NCBI GenBank assembly: GCA_964016885.1
Contig: OZ024742.1
Coordinates: 241,800,001 to 241,864,000, forward strand
Source of the DNA: Eledone cirrhosa
Lineage: Eukaryota
DNA length: 64,000 nucleotides
Direction of reading: 5' to 3'
Made by a program: the position numbers and the translations under genes. A model generated the notes under the pieces. It was given only the letters and a program-made list of their open reading frames with translations. It was not told the DNA's origin and did no database searches. Shown here piece by piece: positions 58,144-64,000 of the stretch. Positions within the stretch are counted from its first letter, which is position 1. The number at the start of each line of letters is the position of its first letter.

Positions 58144-58620
58144 ATGTTAGCGTTCTCTAGAGGACTAGTTGTTGGCAAGAACAACAACGTTCTCATAGAA
58201 TCTCTAGGCATCAACGAGAACGAACTTACCTGTTGTTGTCGGAGAATTTTCGGTCTGGGAACAATGGACTATAGACTATGGTTAAATTCCAGAAAACCTT
58301 GGACTGGCATTGATACTGAATCTGCCGGTTCGTTACAATGCGCACAGAGTGATGAAACTAGTCTGCACGCAATCATCCAGTGCCCGAGCATTGCCGATTT
58401 GTGGAGATGTGTCGAACAGCTATTATTGCATGTAGGACGTATCAGGCTATCATGAAGATCATCACCCTGTCTTCTTTTGGCCGGTTAGGGTCAGGCAGTT
58501 TTCGCCTGTCTGGTAGATATGGGAAAAGAGGTTATGTGGTGGTCATGACTGAAAGCACTGAAGAAATACACTATTTTTCTTTTCAGTTTAACTCTCATGA
58601 ACTTCTACAGGACTAGAACA
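58144..58620 (+). mobile_element. L1/Tx1-like LINE C-terminal fragment
   Basis: QCAQSDETSLHAIIQCPSIADLW resembles the CCHC knuckle (C..C...E...H....C......W). Confidence 0.6.
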
Positions 58621-58708
58621 ATTTCATTCATATGAAATCATCTGATAAGTCTCATTGAACGTACCAAACTCCAGAGTAACAAGACCCAACATTTAGCCAT
58701 AATAAAGA

Positions 58709-58909
<201 letters not shown>

Positions 58910-59288
58910 ACCTCCCTCTCCTTCAATTTCTTATCAGTCGCTACACATATATACCCAGACATCACGTAGTCCAACATGTATGTATATTTCTTTATTTATA
59001 TCTGATCTCCACAGCTAGCTATCTCACCTAACGTAAATTTACATTCTGTAAGCCACTAAAAGAATTATCTAATACCTAGTTTAATTCATTCTGTCTGGAC
59101 TACACAGAAATACAGTTTTAAACCTATATATTCCCGTATTATTGACATATATCTCACCGTAATAGAGTTTTCCATACTGAAAAATTTCTTATATCAATTC
59201 CACCCAATTTTTACGAGAATACCTAGTCTTCACCTACCACCCTGGTTATTTATCTTACACTGTTCAGGTTGAACATCAACCATATTAA

Positions 59289-60095
59289 TATAATTGTTTC
59301 TATGTTTGGCACATGGTCAGCAATTTGAAAGGAAGAGAAAAATTGATTAAATCGCTCCAGTGTGTTGCTGGTATTTTATTTTATAAGACCCGTAAAGATA
59401 AAAGGCAAAGCTAATCTCGACGGGATTTGCACTCAGTACGTGAAGGGTCGTAACTATAAGCTGTAAAGCATGGAGTTCGACACTCTACCGATACTGCCAA
59501 TGCATCGCCCTTACCATATTAATATAATGGTATCTCATTTAGGTACAAGGCAAGCAATTTGAAGGGGAGAGGGAAAGACGATTAAATCGGCTCCAGTGCA
59601 TTACTGGTACCACATTTTACCAACCCCGTAAACATGAAAGGCAAAGCTAAACTCAGCGGAATTTGAACTCAGAACGTAAAGGGACGTAACTATAAGCTGT
59701 ATAGAATGGTGTACGACACTCTACCGATACATCTAATCCACCGCCCTTACCATATTAATATAAGTCTCGGAGGGTCTGCAAATTCATAGATCTGCTCCTC
59801 TGTCGGACTAACATCAAGAGAAAACAATAGTTGTAAATATAACTTCATATGGAAGATTATTTCGAAGCCCCATCATTAAAAGCAACAAAGTATTATATTA
59901 AACGTTGGATTGGCAGTATCGGTAGAAGGTCAGACGCCATGCTTTGCAAGCAAAGAGTTACGGCCCTTTATGGTCTGAGTTCAAATCCCGCCGCGGGTAA
60001 CTTTGCCTTTCATCTTTACAGGGTCGATAAAATAAAGTACCAGTAATGCATTGTGTATTTGCTGGCCTTGGGCCAAAAGTAGAAACATTTATATT
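59289..60095. mobile_element. Three tRNA SINEs (59289-59512 minus, 59525-59748 minus, 59903-60095 plus)
   Basis: Family head and body motifs. accatattaatataa is repeated three times. Confidence 0.9.
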
Positions 60096-60525
60096 AAAAA
60101 CACCAAACCTCTGCCTTTATCATAGTCGGTCTTATTCCTTCCCACAATGCAACGTTCCTGTCAACTGTCACTATTGAATGTTTTATTGCTATTAACAGTA
60201 TTAACACAGACAGTTGGAGATGTGTGTTGAAGGGGTTCTAGCACTGTTTTACAGTATGGTGGGTATATAAATAGTATCCACATTTGTACAACAAGGAGTG
60301 AGGCACACACAGACCCACCCACACCCACACACATTCCCACACCCACGCACACATTGACACACACAAGCACACACACACACACACACACACCTACACACAC
60401 ATACACGCACACACACATATATACATATATATACACATATACATATATATATAGAAGCTTGTACAGACACATACACATGTGTGTATGTGTGTATGTACGT
60501 ATCGGTAGGTATTCAGAGTGTGAAA

Positions 60526-60598
<73 letters not shown>

Positions 60599-61107
60599 AG
60601 GGAGCGGGGTGGGGGGGAGAGAGAAATAAAGAGAGAGAGTGTAGGAGAGATAGAAAAAGTGATAGAAAAAGAGATAGAAAGAGAGAGAGAGAGAGAAAGA
60701 AAGAAAAGGAAAGAAAGAAAGCTAGATAGAGAGAGAGAGAAAAAGAGTGAGAGGGGAGAAAGAGAGAGAGAGAGTGTGAGAACGAGAGAGATGGGGGCAA
60801 AGAGAGAGAGAGAGAGAGAGAGAGAAGGGGGCAGCTTCTTGTGGAAAGGGGTACAATGAGTTATTAGGTACTTTTCAGTAAAACATGTGTTTCTTTATTC
60901 AACAACGTCACTGAAGTAAACCAGTGCGTCGCCGTTGTTGATCATTAGACCCTTAGTTACGTAAACACTCTTTGTTGTTATTGTTGCTGTTGACGTTGCT
61001 TTTATTTTTATTGTTGTTGTTATTCTTGTTGATGTTTTCGTCTTTATTGTTGTTCTTTTTGATGTTCTTGCTCCACAATCCTTATTTATATTCTTCGAAG
61101 CACACGA

Positions 61108-61183
61108 GTTGTTGTTTTGGTTGTTGTTGATGATGTTGATGATGTTAATGATGTTGTTGTCGTTGTCGTCGTCGTCGTCGTCG

Positions 61184-61218
<35 letters not shown>

Positions 61219-61343
61219 CTTGTTCTTCTTCTTCTTCTTCTTCTTCTTCTTCTTCTTCTTCTTCTTCTTCTTCTTCTTCTTCTTCTTCTTCTTCTTCTTC
61301 TTCTCCAACAACGTCATCGTCGTTGTCACCATCACCACCACCG

Positions 61344-61379
<36 letters not shown>

Positions 61380-61412
61380 CCGTCATCAGTATCATTATCA
61401 TCAATATCATCA
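61108..61412. repeat. Compound triplet microsatellite (TTG/TCG/TTC/CAT)
   Basis: Direct repeats. Confidence 0.95.
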
Positions 61413-61499
61413 TTTTCTTCTCATTTCCTTATATACGAAGCGCGGCGAAATCTAACATAACTAATACAATCTGCAATAGTTTTAATATACTAATGATTG

Positions 61500-61830
61500 T
61501 ATCTTTAGACGTCGCCCTTAGACGACTTCTCAGAAAATACACAAAGTGTGAGGTACCTAAGTGACTTCCGGTGCAAACCAACCTTCCGTGACCCAATAAC
61601 TGTTTTTACGATCAACCTTTGTGGAGGTTATCAGCTGAAGAGGAGAAATGAATTGCACATTGTTTCGCCATCACGCAGTAACAATAATTCATCTCAACTA
61701 GATGTTATCATCTACAAGAATTTTGTCAACAGTTTTGGCATTACTATCTGTTGTTTGTTTGATATGCCTGTAGTCAACTCCGTACACATTAAACAAATTA
61801 GGTCTTCGTGAGTCGAATTTCACGGCGGCA
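61500..61830 (-). pseudogene. Possible decayed protein-kinase fragment
   Basis: YGVDYRHIK..KILVDDN, VTEGWFAPEV and FSEKS..DV occur in kinase subdomain order VIb, VIII, IX, with stops and frameshifts. Confidence 0.3.
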
Positions 61831-62064
61831 TTTTATTTGTGTATGGATATGCATTTTTATGTTTATTTATATCATATCTTACTTGGTATTTTCATTCGAA
61901 AGCACAATATTTTTTTCGGTACCTTGGAGACGTTTATAATTGACACCCATAACTATTACTAAAATATCTCCCCGCCTCACTCTCACGTATAAATATAAAG
62001 ATGATCATCGGATTGAACAATTAGAATTAAGACAACTTATAGTGTTAGAAACAATGTCGTACAT

Positions 62065-62292
62065 CAGGCATGTGAAATATGCAGCCTGCAGGACGTATGC
62101 GGCCCTTTACAAGCACACCAGCGGCCCGCACAAAGGTTTTTACAACGCGAGCGTAATATGAAATATAAAATATTAGTTGTAATGTGCACAAGTAGTTGTC
62201 ATGTGTGGCCCTCAGACAACAAATATGTGGCCCTCAGATAATACATATGTGACTCATGTGACCCACGGGGGACTCTCAGTTTGACATGCCTG
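62065..62292. mobile_element. hAT-type MITE
   Basis: TIRs caggcatgtgaaa and tttgacatgcctg. Perfect 8-bp TSD tcgtacat. Confidence 0.85.
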
Positions 62293-63244
62293 TCGTACAT
62301 TGTGGTCGCTTCTTGCTGCAATGTGATACATCAGTTCATTCCTTAATCTGTGGATGATACCAGAGTCACTTCTGTCATCAAGACAATGCTTAAAAAACTT
62401 CTGCATAGTAACTATATATCAAACATGTTGCATATCATTGCGCTACTCACACTCACAAAGGGGAGAAATATAAAAGAAGGGCAACATATTTGATCGAGAT
62501 GGCAAGATAAATGCAAATATCCGTTGTTCTGAGATTTCTTGAATGAATTCTGATTTTCTAGAGGGGCTCCAATTTCGCTAATGAACATAGCAGCGATTTC
62601 ATTTCTTGCATTATGGTGAATTGCATTCCATCTCAGTGCACATAACTATTTCTGTTATTGTACTACCAAACGTATATGATTGAATAATTCTTCGAATGGC
62701 TTGTGAAAAAAGTAGCCTTTACTTTATTATAGTCATCATATCAAATAATGTTTCTGAATTTTGGAGTGCTTTTCTATCTGGGTGTATCTAAGCAGGTATA
62801 TCTCGTTCATATTTTCTCCTATTTCATTATTTCTCGAAATATTGATATACTGTTTTTGGTTCATGATTTTTCCTGGCGTTTCCCCCCTACTCTCTCTTTC
62901 AGTTTTGATACTGTAAAACACAATCCATTTTCTTTCTTCAAATCTGTTGAATTTCTCTTTCATGCAATACTTATCTTGCGCGTTCCTGCTCCGTTATGTC
63001 CACTCTTCTTTCCATTTGTTTCGTCTTAAACTTTATTATATTCCATGTTTATGTTCCTCTCACAACCTTCGGTAATATCATTTCACTCTGTCTCTTTTAT
63101 TTCAAGTCTCCGATTTAGTTCCATATTGAATGCTGATAAAATATCAAGTAAAAATGAAATGAAGTGCAATAATATGCAGAAGAGTTGGAAAATAACACAA
63201 TTCTAGAATATAATTTGTAGCTCATAATATTAATAAAAGATATA

Positions 63245-63400
63245 GGCGCAAATTGGCAGAGTCATTAGAAGATCGCATAGAATATGTATGGTATTCGTTC
63301 CGGCTCTCTGGCCTCTGGGGTTCAAATCCCACTGAGGTCAACTTTGCCTTTCATCCTTTAGAGGTCGATAAAAAAGTACCTGTCTAGTACTAGGGTCGAT
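63245..63400 (+). mobile_element. Older tRNA SINE copy
   Basis: ttggcagagtcattag, gttcaaatcc and ctttgcctttcatcctttagaggtcgataaa. Confidence 0.8.
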
Positions 63401-64000
63401 TCTTACTCTATACCTCTTATTCATTCCCCCTCTTTCACTTTCTATCTTTCTCTGCAAGAAATCTGCTATACTAAGCCCTAGAGAGGGGTGGGCTCCGCCA
63501 GGCTTAAAGTGCCCTAGAAACGCCGTATGTCAGCTTGGTGCCCCTACAACTCTATCAGGACTCACGGGACCATACAATAATATATTTAACAAATCATTGA
63601 AAAATATTAGCGCTATATATAAAAAAAATATAATGCTTCCACATAAAGCTCTCATTTTTTTGCCCTGGAATCCCCCCCCCCCCCACATATATTTACAAGG
63701 AGAATAATATTATAAATTGCTGACACTCTAAACAGAATTATTGTCAGTAGATTTAGGACCATTAATATATACTAGTACATAACCCATTGTTTTACGGACG
63801 TGATATTCGGTTTCTTTAACCAACTCTAATTGTTTGTGGATGATATACATACACACATACATACATATACATAAATATATATTTGTGTGTGTATATATAT
63901 GTGTGTGTGTGAATGTGTGTGTATATATGTGTCGCGCGCGAGCGTATGTGTGCTTGTGAGTGTCTGTGTGTGTGAGAGTGAGAGAGAGAGCGAGAGGGGG

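Overview
AT-rich, microsatellite-saturated eukaryotic DNA, most likely intergenic or intronic sequence of an octopus. That assignment is inferred from cephalopod-type tRNA SINEs and the repeat landscape, not from a search. No intact host gene is visible, and nearly all ORF-track entries are (TA)n/(CA)n/(GA)n/triplet artefacts. Recognisable content: a near full-length decayed Helitron (44038-50273) plus non-autonomous Helitrons, a 5'-truncated CRE-like RLE LINE (54343-56488) with two 3' fragments, R4/Dong, RTE, CR1/Jockey-like and L1/Tx1-like remnants, about 15 tRNA-SINE copies, three RTE-derived bipartite elements, two hAT MITEs and four Penelope-like (PLE) remnants. The most striking signal is a dozen or so type I hammerhead-ribozyme motifs from several sequence families. 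Many lie in short, ORF-less fold-back elements with the layout (TA)n-arm-hammerhead-inverted arm-tail-(TA)n, which look like a microsatellite-targeting PLE or retrozyme-like system. All structures were read by eye, and coordinates of decayed elements are approximate.
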